The notes: generated by a model not told the origin, from the letters alone. Counted from the stretch's first letter, positions 1-9,399 are shown. The stretch: DNA of 60,247 nucleotides from Candidatus Aceula meridiana (GCA_030765185.1 JAVCDE010000011.1:1-60247); one strand, 5' to 3'. Numbers and translations are program-made.

Positions 1-1
1 G

Positions 2-316
2 AAAGAAGAATATGATTCAGATAGATGCTGCGGGTATTTTGATGAGGACGCCTGCCCTTTGCCAGATTGTGGTGTCCATAAAACAGCGGAAGAATGCTGT
101 GACGATTGGAAAGACAGATGTGTTTGGATTAGTGACTATCATCTAACAAGCTGTAGCGCAAGCGGCGCTCCACAATTTTCTTGCAAGTCAAAGACGTTTG
201 GCATACTAAGATGTCAAAGCATTGATTTTTCGGAGTGCTGCTGTATTGTTTCAATAGGAGCAAAGGATCCGCCTTGTCCTACGTGCGATGACGCACCGAA
301 TCCACTGCATCCGTAA
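2..316 (+). CDS. 3' end of a Cys-rich protein, truncated by the window start
   Basis: Frame is open from base 2 (KEEYDSDRCCGYFDEDACPLPDCGVHK...ECC...SECCC...CPTC), so the track start at 59 is internal. The CC/CCC pattern resembles the Cys-rich pseudopilins downstream. Confidence 0.75.
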   Translation, partial: KEEYDSDRCCGYFDEDACPLPDCGVHKTAEECCDDWKDRCVWISDYHLTSCSASGAPQFSCKSKTFGILRCQSIDFSECCCIVSIGAKDPPCPTCDDAPNPLHP

Positions 317-341
317 GCACAAAAAATTTTGCAGAAACCTC

Positions 342-370
342 TTGTTTTAAAATCTGTTCCCTTTTATAAT
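342..370 (+). promoter_or_regulatory. Putative sigma70 promoter for the PPIase-cpaB-cpaC operon
   Basis: TTGTTT(342-347)-17 nt-TATAAT(365-370); RBS AAGGAGG just before ATG 407. Confidence 0.5.
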
Positions 371-406
371 CTATATATAAATAATTATATTTCAAATTAA
401 GGAGGA

Positions 407-1333
407 ATGAAGGTGAGAAAACTTTATCCTGTTGTTGGTCTTTTTATATTTGTTTTAGTTTTTTCCGGATGTGACCAGATATCCGACATTTTAGGAGACT
501 ATTTTCCGTCGATGAAAAAAGAAAAAATCGTTGTTATTCCGACAGAGAAAAAAATTGCTGCAAAACCGACGATAATGACTAAAGACACGCTAGCCAAGGT
601 TGGCAGTTGGACGATTACTTTAGTGGAGTTTAACGAAAAACTAAAAAATCTTAAAGAAGTTTTGCCGGAGTATGATGGGAAGGACGTTGAAACAAAAAAA
701 CTTGTTTTAGAAGAACTTGTTCGTCAGCAGCTTTTGGTTAAGGCCGCGGAAGAAAAAGGAATTCAAAATAAAAAAGAAATTAAAGCCGCCATGGACGAAT
801 TTCGAAAAACTTTGCTTGTCAGAGAACTCGCCGTTCAATTAACAGAAAATGTCAAAGCCACCGAACAAGACGCTAAAGATTTTTATGCAGAAAACGAAGA
901 CATGTTTCGCGAAGTTCCGCAATGGCGTATCCGTGAAATCCTCGTTCCTGATGAAGCCAAGGCTAAAGAGCTTTTGATTGGCCTTTTGCAGGGAGAAGAT
1001 TTTGCTACTCTTGCGACAGCAAATTCTATTACTACTTCGGCTGCTAACGGTGGTGACATAGGGTTTGTTTCTGAGTTTGCAGATCCACAAGTACAAAACA
1101 TGGTCTTTTCTCTTGAGCCTGGCTCAACGAGCAGCGTCTTTAAAGGCGAAAAAGGCTATTATATTATTAAGCTTGAAGAACAAAAAGGTGGAGAACTCCA
1201 GCCTCTTGAAACTGTCAAGCAAGAACTTATTGAAGGCCTCACGGCCATGAAACAGCAGGAAGCAGTCGTTGGGTATATTGAAAAATTAAAATCTCAAACG
1301 GATGTTCAAATTAATGAGGACCTTTTAAAGTAA
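407..1333 (+). CDS. Parvulin-type peptidyl-prolyl isomerase (PrsA/SurA-like foldase), lipoprotein
   Basis: Lipobox-like FSGC; SurA_N-like LAKVGSWTIT...LEELVRQQLL; rotamase motifs GEDFATLA, GGDIGFV, GYYIIKL. Confidence 0.9.
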   Translation: MKVRKLYPVVGLFIFVLVFSGCDQISDILGDYFPSMKKEKIVVIPTEKKIAAKPTIMTKDTLAKVGSWTITLVEFNEKLKNLKEVLPEYDGKDVETKKLVLEELVRQQLLVKAAEEKGIQNKKEIKAAMDEFRKTLLVRELAVQLTENVKATEQDAKDFYAENEDMFREVPQWRIREILVPDEAKAKELLIGLLQGEDFATLATANSITTSAANGGDIGFVSEFADPQVQNMVFSLEPGSTSSVFKGEKGYYIIKLEEQKGGELQPLETVKQELIEGLTAMKQQEAVVGYIEKLKSQTDVQINEDLLK

Positions 1334-1343
1334 GAGGAGTTTT

Positions 1344-2192
1344 ATGCCGGTTGATTTAAAAAAGATCGACAAGAAAAAAGCAGGCATTATCATTGTTGCT
1401 ATTGTTGCTGGGCTTGGGGCAGTAGCGTTAACAAACAATTATATTAATTCACAGGTTTCGCAAGGGGCTAATCCGGAAGCTATTGAACAGATGATGGGAA
1501 AAATTCAGCAGCTGGAACAAAACGACCAAGCTCTTTATGAAAAGCAGAAGGCAGCTGCCCAGCAGCTGAGCCAACAAATAAGCGCTGTCGCCCAGCAAAG
1601 GGCTCAGAGCCCGACTCGAGAATCAGGAGAAAAATCTCCTGTTGCCGACTCCTTGGCCTTAAGAACTCCTTCGAACAAAAGAGCTATTACCATTCAGATT
1701 CAAACGCTTTCTGCTGTCGGAGGGCTTTTGAATCCTGGAGATTATGTCGATATTTTGGCCCATCTTGATATTCCTTTAGATTTAGAGAATCCAGCGCAAG
1801 CATTTAAAACAATTGTTACGTTGTTTCAGCACGTTCAGATTTTGGCAATAGGGACAAATGTTAGCCAGCCATCAGATTTTGAGAGTCATCAAAAAGCTGG
1901 CAGTCTTCCGATTACTTTTGCCGTTGATCCGCAGCAAGCGGAGCTTTTAACTTTTGCGGAAAAAAACGGAAAGCTTCAGCTTATTTTAAGAAGTCCGGAA
2001 GAAGACCTTTCTTATCAAGTCGAACCAGCAAACTGGGGGTCGCTAGAAAAATATTTGCAAGAAACTCAAGGGATCGATATTAATGCGCCTGCAGAGCCTA
2101 ATCAGCCTAAAAAGAAAACGGCTACTCCTAAAAGAACACCTGCTCGCAGTATTCAGGTTATCCGCGCAGGAAAACCTGACGGCGGGAAATAA
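1344..2192 (+). CDS. cpaB: Flp pilus assembly protein CpaB/RcpC
   Basis: N-terminal TM; RAITIQI...AVGGLLNPGDYVDIL...VQILAIG...ITFAVDPQQAELL...GKLQLILRS. Confidence 0.9.
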   Translation: MPVDLKKIDKKKAGIIIVAIVAGLGAVALTNNYINSQVSQGANPEAIEQMMGKIQQLEQNDQALYEKQKAAAQQLSQQISAVAQQRAQSPTRESGEKSPVADSLALRTPSNKRAITIQIQTLSAVGGLLNPGDYVDILAHLDIPLDLENPAQAFKTIVTLFQHVQILAIGTNVSQPSDFESHQKAGSLPITFAVDPQQAELLTFAEKNGKLQLILRSPEEDLSYQVEPANWGSLEKYLQETQGIDINAPAEPNQPKKKTATPKRTPARSIQVIRAGKPDGGK

Positions 2193-2204
2193 CACAAAAT
2201 TATT

Positions 2205-3881
2205 ATGACTCACAAACAGTTTAATTCTCGACAGAAGACTATCGCACTATTTCAAATTGTCTTTTTATTTATGTTTGTTTCGCTTGTTTTTTCTGCTTCT
2301 CCCTCCGAGAGGTACCTTACCAGCGAATCTGGAGAAATCCGTATGATCGTCGGAGATGTTCAAACTGTTTGGACTAAAGAGCTTACCCGCGTTTCGATTA
2401 CTAATCCTGAAGTAGCTGATGTTTTAGAAGTTGCTTCATCGGAGATTTCTCTTCTAGGCAAGAGGCCCGGAAAAACTGAACTTTTTGTTTGGGACAAGAC
2501 AGGCAAGCGATCGGTGCGCATTTGGGTTTTTAAAGAAACCCTAGAGCTTGTCGAGATGCGAATACAAGAACTTTTAAGAACGATAAAAATTGAAAACTTA
2601 ATGCTTGCAAGAAATGAGATGGAAGGAAAAATTGTTATTTCTGGGGAACTTGAAGAGAAAAAGCTTAAAGAATACAACCAGATTATCGAACCCTTTTCTG
2701 AAAGCATCATTAATTTAGTCCAAGAGCAAGAAGAAATTGAACTTGTTGAGATTGACGTACAAGTTGTTGAGATGAGCTCTTCTTATTTTCAGAACCTTGG
2801 CATCTCTTGGGCAAATAGCGATGGAGATAATAATCTTAATTGGAATGAAACGCTTCCGGACCTTCAACCAGGGCTAAAAGATTTTTTTAAGATAGGAGGC
2901 TTTACTAGAACTTCTTCTATTCAAGCAAGCGTTAATGCCCTTGTTACTCAAGGAAAAGCCAAAGTTCTTTCGCGCCCTAAACTCGTTGTTAAAAGCGGAG
3001 AAGATGCCTCTTTTCACGTGGGGGGGGAAATTCCTATTAGAACAACAACTATTTCTAGTGAAGGAACTGTAGAAAATATTACTTTTAAAACTTATGGGGT
3101 CGACCTTAATATTAAAGCTACGGTTAAAAACGATAAGAGCATCGACATAGATCTTAATGTTGATATTTCAGATATCGATGCCTCTAACAAAGCTGGGGAT
3201 GTTGTTGCTTATACGAATAGAACAGCAGCAACAAAGCTATTTTTAGATAACAAACAGACAGTTGTTTTAGCCGGGTTTATTAAAGAAAATAGGGCCGAAA
3301 CGATTAGCCGCATTCCCTTTTTAAGCGACATTCCTATCTTAGGCGCTTTATTTCGAAACAAGACAACAGATCCTGACAACTCGACAGAGCTTTTTATCAC
3401 CTTGACGCCTACAATTATTGCGCGAAGAGGAGAAGAAGAATCTCAAAAAGATGAAAAAGGAGTTGTAAAAGAGCAAACAGTTGAAGAAATTGTTGCCGGG
3501 CTCAATTTAGATGCGGATAAAAAGGAAGACAAAAAAGAAGCCCAAGCTTCTAAGCCTCCTGAGCCAATTTATCAGTCAGCATCTGTTCCAGGCAACCTGG
3601 CTTCGTATGTGCGCCGCATACAGGAAAAGATTGCTAAAAAATTAATCTATCCTCAAGCGGCTAAGGACGATAATCAGCAAGGACAGGTTGTTTTAGATGT
3701 TTCTGTGCATAAGGACGGAGGCCTTTTATTAGCTTCTGTCCGAGAGTCTTCCGGGCACACCCTCTTAGATGAAGCAGCACTACAAACAGCCAGACAAAAT
3801 TCGCCATACGGACACTTCCCCGAATTGATTAGCGCAGAAAAGCTGACCATTACCATCCCTATTGTTTATCGGCTTGAATAA
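2205..3881 (+). CDS. cpaC: Tad secretin CpaC/RcpA with C-terminal TonB_C-like domain
   Basis: N-domain RVSITNPEVADV...GKTELFVWD; secretin core AKVLSRPKL...GGEIP...IPFLSDIPILGALFR...ELFITLTPTI; C-terminus YPQAAK...GQVVL...ESSGHTLLDEAAL...TIPIVY. Confidence 0.9.
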   Translation: MTHKQFNSRQKTIALFQIVFLFMFVSLVFSASPSERYLTSESGEIRMIVGDVQTVWTKELTRVSITNPEVADVLEVASSEISLLGKRPGKTELFVWDKTGKRSVRIWVFKETLELVEMRIQELLRTIKIENLMLARNEMEGKIVISGELEEKKLKEYNQIIEPFSESIINLVQEQEEIELVEIDVQVVEMSSSYFQNLGISWANSDGDNNLNWNETLPDLQPGLKDFFKIGGFTRTSSIQASVNALVTQGKAKVLSRPKLVVKSGEDASFHVGGEIPIRTTTISSEGTVENITFKTYGVDLNIKATVKNDKSIDIDLNVDISDIDASNKAGDVVAYTNRTAATKLFLDNKQTVVLAGFIKENRAETISRIPFLSDIPILGALFRNKTTDPDNSTELFITLTPTIIARRGEEESQKDEKGVVKEQTVEEIVAGLNLDADKKEDKKEAQASKPPEPIYQSASVPGNLASYVRRIQEKIAKKLIYPQAAKDDNQQGQVVLDVSVHKDGGLLLASVRESSGHTLLDEAALQTARQNSPYGHFPELISAEKLTITIPIVYRLE

Positions 3882-3885
3882 AGAA

Positions 3886-3913
3886 TTGATTTTTTGTGAT
3901 ATTTTGCTATAAA
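3886..3913 (+). promoter_or_regulatory. Possible internal promoter upstream of cpaE-cpaF
   Basis: TTGATT(3886-3891)-16 nt-TATAAA(3908-3913) with an extended -10 TG; AT-rich background lowers specificity. Confidence 0.3.
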
Positions 3914-3958
3914 GATAAAAAGAAATTTAATCTCGGGTTATTATATTAAATAAATTAT

Positions 3959-6121
3959 ATGAGCGCAAACTCCATAGTTGTTTTTAGCACCAAAGGTGGC
4001 GTTGGAAAAACTTTTACGGCTGTCAACCTTGCTGTTAGCCTAAGTTTAAAGAAGAAAAAAGTTCTTCTTCTTGATTTTGATTTACAAGCGACCAATGACC
4101 TTGCCCGCATGATCAACATAAAAACCGGCCGTTCTATCGTCGACATTTTGACAAGCGGAGAGGCTCTTGAAAAAATTGAGATTATCAAAAAGCAAATTGT
4201 CCGTCACTCCTCCGGCATTGATTTTTTGGCTTGTGTTTCTCACATTAACCAAGTTCCTCAAATTGAACAAGAAAAGATTAAACTTTTTTTAAAGCACATT
4301 TCTTCTGCTTACGATTACATTGTGGTTGACGGAGGCAGGGCATTTACGGAAACCTTGATTACAGTTTTTGATAATTCTAATTTGATTTTACTTGTGACGA
4401 CTCCTGATGTTTTGGCTGTTTATCAAGCCAAGAATTCTCTCACTGTTTTAGAAAGCCTACATTTTCCAACCCAAATTATTAAACTAGTTTTAAATCGGTC
4501 GCAAAGCCGCGGAGGCGTTGCTTGGCAGGAGGTCCGTTCTGCTCTTCCGTGCGAAATTTTTGCCCAGATTCCTTCAGATGGGCGAGCCGTAGGTCTTGCC
4601 CTAAACAGAGGTGTTCCGTGTGTCATTGACGGCCCAGATAGCGCAACTTCAGAGGCTTTTTTTAAGATTGCGGATAACCTTTTAAAAGGAAAAGATATTT
4701 TTATGCAAGGCACTGATGTTGCTAAAGTTAGGACAATTACAGGTGCAGGACAAGACGATAATTTTTGGGAAAAATTTGGCATTTCTCAGCAGTCTATGGA
4801 AAGTCAAGAAGTTATGGCTGTTGTCAAAGAAACAGACGATATCATAAAGTTAAAGCAAGCTGTTCATGACAAGCTGGTTGACAAAATGAACTTAGGATCC
4901 CTTACAAGCGATGCTTTAAGCGATCCGGCACAAGCAAAAAAAATTCGTGAAAGCACTGAAAAAATTATTGGAGATCTTTTAGCAGAAGAAGCCGGCGCAG
5001 TTATTTCTTCTCATGAAGAACGTCGCCACTTAGTTAAAGAAATTGCCGATGAAACGTTAGGCTTAGGTCCTTTAGAGGAGTTTTTAGCCGACCCGGATGT
5101 TACAGATATCATGGTCAACAACAAGGATGAGCTATATATAGAGAAAAAAGGAAAGATTGTGTTAACGCAAAAAAAATTTATTTCTAACAGCCAAATCCGA
5201 TCGACCATTGAGCGCATCATTGCTCCTCTAGGAAGGCGCATTGATGAGTCGGTTCCTATGGTTGATGCCCGTCTTCCTGATGGCTCGCGTATTAATGCAA
5301 TTATTCCACCCTTGTCTCTAAGAGGGCCGATGCTAACTATCCGCAAGTTTTCCAAAGAGCGTATTACCGTTGAGGATCTTTTACATACTTATCATACGCT
5401 TTCACAGCCTATTGTGGATTTTTTAAAAGCAACTGTTGCGTGTCGAAAAAATATTATTATTTCTGGAGGAACTGGCTCTGGAAAAACAACGCTTTTAAAC
5501 ATTATTTCTTCTTTTATTTCCGACGAGGAGCGTATTTTGACGATTGAAGATGCCGCTGAGCTACAGTTAAGACAAAGGCATTGGGGGCGATTGGAGTCTC
5601 GCCCTGCTAACGTTGAAGGAAAAGGAGCCATCACAATCCGTGACCTTTTTGTCAACTCTCTTCGTATGCGGCCTGACAGGATTGTCATCGGTGAGTGCCG
5701 CGGGCCTGAAATTTTAGACATGTTGCAGGCGATGAACACCGGCCATGACGGATCAATGACAACCTTGCATGCGAATTCAACACGTGATGTTTTAGTTCGC
5801 ATGAGTACGATGATTTTGCTTAGTGGCCTTGACCTTCCTTTGAGGGCTATTTATGAAATGATTTCAACCGCTATTGATGTTGTAGTGCATGTTGCTCGTC
5901 TTTCTGATGGTTCTCGTAAAATTACAGGTGTTACAGAAATCGTTGGCCTTGACAACGAGAGAGATATTATTTTAAAAGATATCTTTTGTTTTCATCAAAC
6001 AGGGATCGCCGAAGGCGGAAAAGTTTTAGGAGACTTTAAGGCTACCGGATATATCCCGCAATGCTATGAAGATTTTATTACAAGAGGTATCCACGTCGAT
6101 AAGAGTATTTTTAATAAATAG
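3959..6121 (+). CDS. cpaF: CpaE/TadZ (MinD-like) fused to CpaF/TadA assembly ATPase
   Basis: Deviant Walker A KGGVGKT and LLDFDLQ at the N-terminus; TadA motifs GLGPLEEFLADPDVTDIMVN, RRIDESVPMVDARLPDGSR, GGTGSGKTT, LRMRPDRIVIGECRG, AMNTGHDGSMTTLHANS. Confidence 0.95.
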   Translation: MSANSIVVFSTKGGVGKTFTAVNLAVSLSLKKKKVLLLDFDLQATNDLARMINIKTGRSIVDILTSGEALEKIEIIKKQIVRHSSGIDFLACVSHINQVPQIEQEKIKLFLKHISSAYDYIVVDGGRAFTETLITVFDNSNLILLVTTPDVLAVYQAKNSLTVLESLHFPTQIIKLVLNRSQSRGGVAWQEVRSALPCEIFAQIPSDGRAVGLALNRGVPCVIDGPDSATSEAFFKIADNLLKGKDIFMQGTDVAKVRTITGAGQDDNFWEKFGISQQSMESQEVMAVVKETDDIIKLKQAVHDKLVDKMNLGSLTSDALSDPAQAKKIRESTEKIIGDLLAEEAGAVISSHEERRHLVKEIADETLGLGPLEEFLADPDVTDIMVNNKDELYIEKKGKIVLTQKKFISNSQIRSTIERIIAPLGRRIDESVPMVDARLPDGSRINAIIPPLSLRGPMLTIRKFSKERITVEDLLHTYHTLSQPIVDFLKATVACRKNIIISGGTGSGKTTLLNIISSFISDEERILTIEDAAELQLRQRHWGRLESRPANVEGKGAITIRDLFVNSLRMRPDRIVIGECRGPEILDMLQAMNTGHDGSMTTLHANSTRDVLVRMSTMILLSGLDLPLRAIYEMISTAIDVVVHVARLSDGSRKITGVTEIVGLDNERDIILKDIFCFHQTGIAEGGKVLGDFKATGYIPQCYEDFITRGIHVDKSIFNK

Positions 6122-6151
6122 AACGCTCTTCTTTCTAAAAGATCTTACTTG

Positions 6152-6496
6152 ATGAAAATCATCAACTTGACTCAAAAAAATATTTTATCTGATTCAGCTT
6201 TATCGGCAGATGGATTTTTTGCCCGCGCGAAAGGCCTGTTGGGTAAAAAAAATCTTGATAAAGGAGAAGCCCTGGTCATTTCTCACTGTCAATCGATTCA
6301 TATGTTTTTTATGCAGTTTGCCATCGACGCGGTTTTTGTTAGCAGAGATAATGTTGTCGTCGGGCTATGCAAAAATATAAAACCTTTTCGATTAAGCCCT
6401 ATCTTTTTAAAGGCGAGTTTTGCTATTGAGCTTCCTTCCGGGGTGGTTAATTCTACGCAAACCCATCTCGGGGACAAGATTTCAATCGAGGAGTAG
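6152..6496 (+). CDS. DUF192 family protein
   Basis: RAKGLLG...CQSIHMFFMQFAIDAVFV...AIELPSG...GDKI; ATG at 6152 (track starts at TTG 6149). Confidence 0.85.
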   Translation: MKIINLTQKNILSDSALSADGFFARAKGLLGKKNLDKGEALVISHCQSIHMFFMQFAIDAVFVSRDNVVVGLCKNIKPFRLSPIFLKASFAIELPSGVVNSTQTHLGDKISIEE

Positions 6497-6503
6497 ACAC
6501 TTC

Positions 6504-6734
6504 TTATATTTGATCGTAAGTGCTGGCGCCGTTATCAACGCTATCGAGCCATTGTTTGCAGTGCCGGCAGATGTGGGCTTCTTTAAGGATTTTTTTCCCG
6601 CAGAAAAAACATTTCTTTTTATCTAAACTTTTAAATTCTGTCTCGATAATTGTATCAATAATAAACTGCTCGCAATGCGGGCATTTCTTAATTTTTTCTT
6701 CCAAGACCTCAAAGCAATAGGGACATTTAATCAT
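6504..6734 (-). CDS. Small double zinc-ribbon protein (76 aa)
   Basis: Four CxxC pairs (CPYC, CPHC, CFFC, CRHC). ATG 6734 is preceded by an AAAGGA RBS, so it is preferred over the track start 6794. Confidence 0.8.
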   Translation of the reverse strand: MIKCPYCFEVLEEKIKKCPHCEQFIIDTIIETEFKSLDKKKCFFCGKKILKEAHICRHCKQWLDSVDNGASTYDQI

Positions 6735-6892
6735 AACAAAAATCCTTTCGTTGTCTTTATGGTATATTGTGCCTTTTAATGGTAGGGTTGACAAGAAAAA
6801 TTTTAACCTAAAATTTTTATGATGAATTTTACATTTTTTGATATTTTACGATTTTTGTATTATGAAAATTTGAACCAAGGGAAGGCTTGGTT

Positions 6893-6904
6893 GGGGGGGG
6901 GGGG
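6893..6904. repeat. G12 homopolymer tract
   Basis: 12 consecutive G in an AT-rich divergent intergenic region. Confidence 0.9.
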
Positions 6905-6964
6905 AGCCCCTAATCGTCTTCGAGAATTTAAGCCCTTCGGGCAGAGATTTCTAGTAAAAGATTT

Positions 6965-7050
6965 AGAGCTTAAAGTATTTTAAGCTCTTGCTGTCTATGT
7001 CAGGGTGGTATATAATAAAAAAGCTTTTTGGACAAAAACATTTTTGGACA
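6965..7050 (+). promoter_or_regulatory. Sigma70-like promoter with upstream palindrome and downstream direct repeats
   Basis: Inverted repeat AGAGCTTAAA-gtat-TTTAAGCTCT (6965-6988); TTGCTG(6988-6993)-17 nt-TATAAT(7011-7016); TTTTTGGACA twice (7025-7034, 7041-7050). Confidence 0.55.
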
Positions 7051-7201
7051 TTCAGTGAGCACTTAAGGTGCAAATCCTTAGCACTGTAATTTAGAAGGGC
7101 GAAAGGACTACTCCTTTTGCCCCACGAATGCGGGAGCGGCGAGACTAAATTCAACCTAACCTTTTGTGTCCACTACGTTCTGCAAAAATTGGATTTCATT
7201 T

Positions 7202-8893
7202 ATGGGAATTACTTACAAGCTTAAAAAAGAAGTTGTTGGATATATTCTTGATCAAAAACAGGCAAATTCTAGCCTCAGCTGCAGAAAACTTGCAGAAATG
7301 GCAAGCGAACATTTTCATAAGAAAATTTCTAAATCTTCTGTTAACAGCATTTTAAAGCAAACTGCCTTAAGCAGCCCTATTGGCCGCAGGGCAAGCAAAA
7401 AGAAAGCTCCTTCAGTCTTTAAACTTCCAGAATATCGAAAAGAACAGCTTTTTCAAAAAGCACCTCTTCACCTTGTTGAAACGCCAAAAATAGAGCCTAA
7501 GGCGCCAGAACCAGAAATCGAAATAGGGGCTTCAGGAAGCATCTCTGCTATGCTCTTAAAGGCAGTGCAATGGGAGGTATGCCGTGAGCCTCTTTTAAGC
7601 GCGATTTTAAGCAAATATAGCGATTGCCCTCTTTCTCGGGAAATTGATTCTATTTGTGACGCGCTTCTGATGATGCCGATTTTTGGGATAAGAAGAGCCG
7701 AAGACCTTTCTAATCCAGAAGGCAAGTCTTTGAGAGAGTTTCTTGGGCTTAGCCAACCCTTTGACCTTGTTAAGATAAGCAAGGTTTTAAATAGCTTGCA
7801 AGCTCTTGAGAAGAATAAAATTCAAATTCTTTTAGAATATTCTCAGATTTTTACAGAGATTGAATTATTTAGAATTATTTTAGAAAACGACACTGAACTG
7901 AGTATCGATGCAAGGATGAACTCAGTTTGGACAAAAGATAATGTCCATTCTAGTGGATCTCTTCCTCTTAATAAGGCGCTTGATTTTTTATCAAGAGAGA
8001 TTGTTGCAAATAACTCTCCAGTGATTCTTAGAGAGGTGTCCCAAGAGAGTTTTGCGCTAAACCTTTCCACGATGTTTTATGCCTTTGAGAATGTTGATTC
8101 TTTTCGCATTAAGCGAATCGAGCTTATTGATGGGAAACAAGAGATTATGACCTCTTTTGATAATATTTTAAACCGGAAGCGGCAAGCAATCATTGGCCTT
8201 AGCGCTGATCAGCCTGAGATAAGGCAGCTTGTAGATGATAATGCGCAAAAAAAGTCTTTTTCTTTGCCCTTTTTTCAAAAAAACGTTGTATATCAATCTT
8301 TTCAAACGACAATGCCAATTGTAAATTCTTCTCATGCGTTTTCTTTAAGGGGGGCTGTCTTTTCAATTGAAGGCCAGCCTAACAGTAGAGCCGCCCTCAT
8401 AACAAATATTTCTGAAAAAGATGCTTCGATAGAGCAGAACATTTCTTCCTACGCCAAGCGTTGGATTAATTGGGCCCAAAGCGGAGATGAAAAAAAAGAC
8501 AAAAATCCAGATAGAGCCCAAAAAAGTTTTTCTCTCGACGAGAAAGAGTCCCTTGGGATTGATTGTTCAGCTTTTTCAACAGCACCTTTTGCCGGGATTA
8601 TTGTTAAAAATATTGTTGTAAGACTTTATGAGCTTGCGCAACAATATTTTTTACCACCGGCAGAGACAAAAAGGTCTTTTGAAGAGACGTGCCGCGCTTT
8701 TTCTTGTTTGAAAGGGCTTATAGCGAAAGATAATAATTTTATCAAAGTACACCTCGACCCCCCCAAAAACTCCTCTAACTGGAAAGCCTTGCAACATATA
8801 GCCTTTCGGGTAAATCAGGCTGCTATTTTCGAACCGTTAACCGGCCAAAGACTATTGTTTGTCCCCCCCTCGCAGAAAACCATATTATCTTAG
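7202..8893 (+). CDS. Hypothetical protein (563 aa) with N-terminal HTH and transposase-like C-terminal remnants
   Basis: ATG 7202 (MGITYKLKKEVV). HTH-like SLSCRKLAEMASEHFHKKISKSSVNSILK. ALITN...SSYAKRW resembles the IS4-type L-TN...Y-RW motif. ORF is certain, function is inferred. Confidence 0.7.
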   Translation: MGITYKLKKEVVGYILDQKQANSSLSCRKLAEMASEHFHKKISKSSVNSILKQTALSSPIGRRASKKKAPSVFKLPEYRKEQLFQKAPLHLVETPKIEPKAPEPEIEIGASGSISAMLLKAVQWEVCREPLLSAILSKYSDCPLSREIDSICDALLMMPIFGIRRAEDLSNPEGKSLREFLGLSQPFDLVKISKVLNSLQALEKNKIQILLEYSQIFTEIELFRIILENDTELSIDARMNSVWTKDNVHSSGSLPLNKALDFLSREIVANNSPVILREVSQESFALNLSTMFYAFENVDSFRIKRIELIDGKQEIMTSFDNILNRKRQAIIGLSADQPEIRQLVDDNAQKKSFSLPFFQKNVVYQSFQTTMPIVNSSHAFSLRGAVFSIEGQPNSRAALITNISEKDASIEQNISSYAKRWINWAQSGDEKKDKNPDRAQKSFSLDEKESLGIDCSAFSTAPFAGIIVKNIVVRLYELAQQYFLPPAETKRSFEETCRAFSCLKGLIAKDNNFIKVHLDPPKNSSNWKALQHIAFRVNQAAIFEPLTGQRLLFVPPSQKTILS

Positions 8894-9048
8894 CGCGGCA
8901 AGGATTATTTTCTACCTTGGAAAATGTTCGCTGTTAGCCTGGAAGCTCCATAAGTCCTTCAAGTTAAAACAAAAGCAGAAAAACATTTCTTTTTATTAAA
9001 TGACAGGCCGTTAAAAATTTTTGTAATTTCGTAGATTTTCACTTAAAG

Positions 9049-9061
9049 ATATGTTATATTT
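9049..9061 (+). promoter_or_regulatory. Extended -10 element (TGnTATATT) upstream of the pilin array
   Basis: ATATGTTATATTT, identical to 21441-21453 in the giant-gene promoter; -35 is weak. Confidence 0.45.
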
Positions 9062-9264
9062 ATATTACGTTCTAAACAGAGTTTAGTGAGAAAATAATTT
9101 TTGCTTTTTTGCTTTGCTGCTAAACCTTTTTTTCTCAAAATCCTTTAGCCACGGGAGAAGAAATGGGATCTTATCTATTGAACCTGAAACTTGCATTAAA
9201 AAATTTTTGTTATTCTAAAAACATAAAACAAAAATGTTTAACAAAAAAAGTGTATTTAAATGCA

Positions 9265-9399
9265 AGCCGCTTTCCCTCGGTCCCACATTTATGGAGCCTC
9301 GCCTTTGACGAGGCATGGTGGTGGGGCTTGACCCCGCAAGTCGCAACAAGGCGCGACGCTGCGGCCCTTCGGGTGGATTTTGCATCAGCAAAACCCAGG
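9265..9399. other. GC-rich multi-hairpin element in front of or within the first pilin gene
   Basis: Stems GCCTCG/CGAGGC, CCCAC/GTGGG, CCGCA..GTCGC/GCGAC..TGCGG, CCC-TTCG-GG tetraloop, TTTTGC-atca-GCAAAA, in otherwise AT-rich DNA. Confidence 0.55.

Noticed and set aside
7059-7150. c-di-GMP riboswitch or tRNA
   Set aside because: Stems are present, but I could not match the GEMM consensus or a cloverleaf with a T-loop.
7202-8893. Active IS element
   Set aside because: No complete DDE triad, terminal inverted repeats or target-site duplication found.
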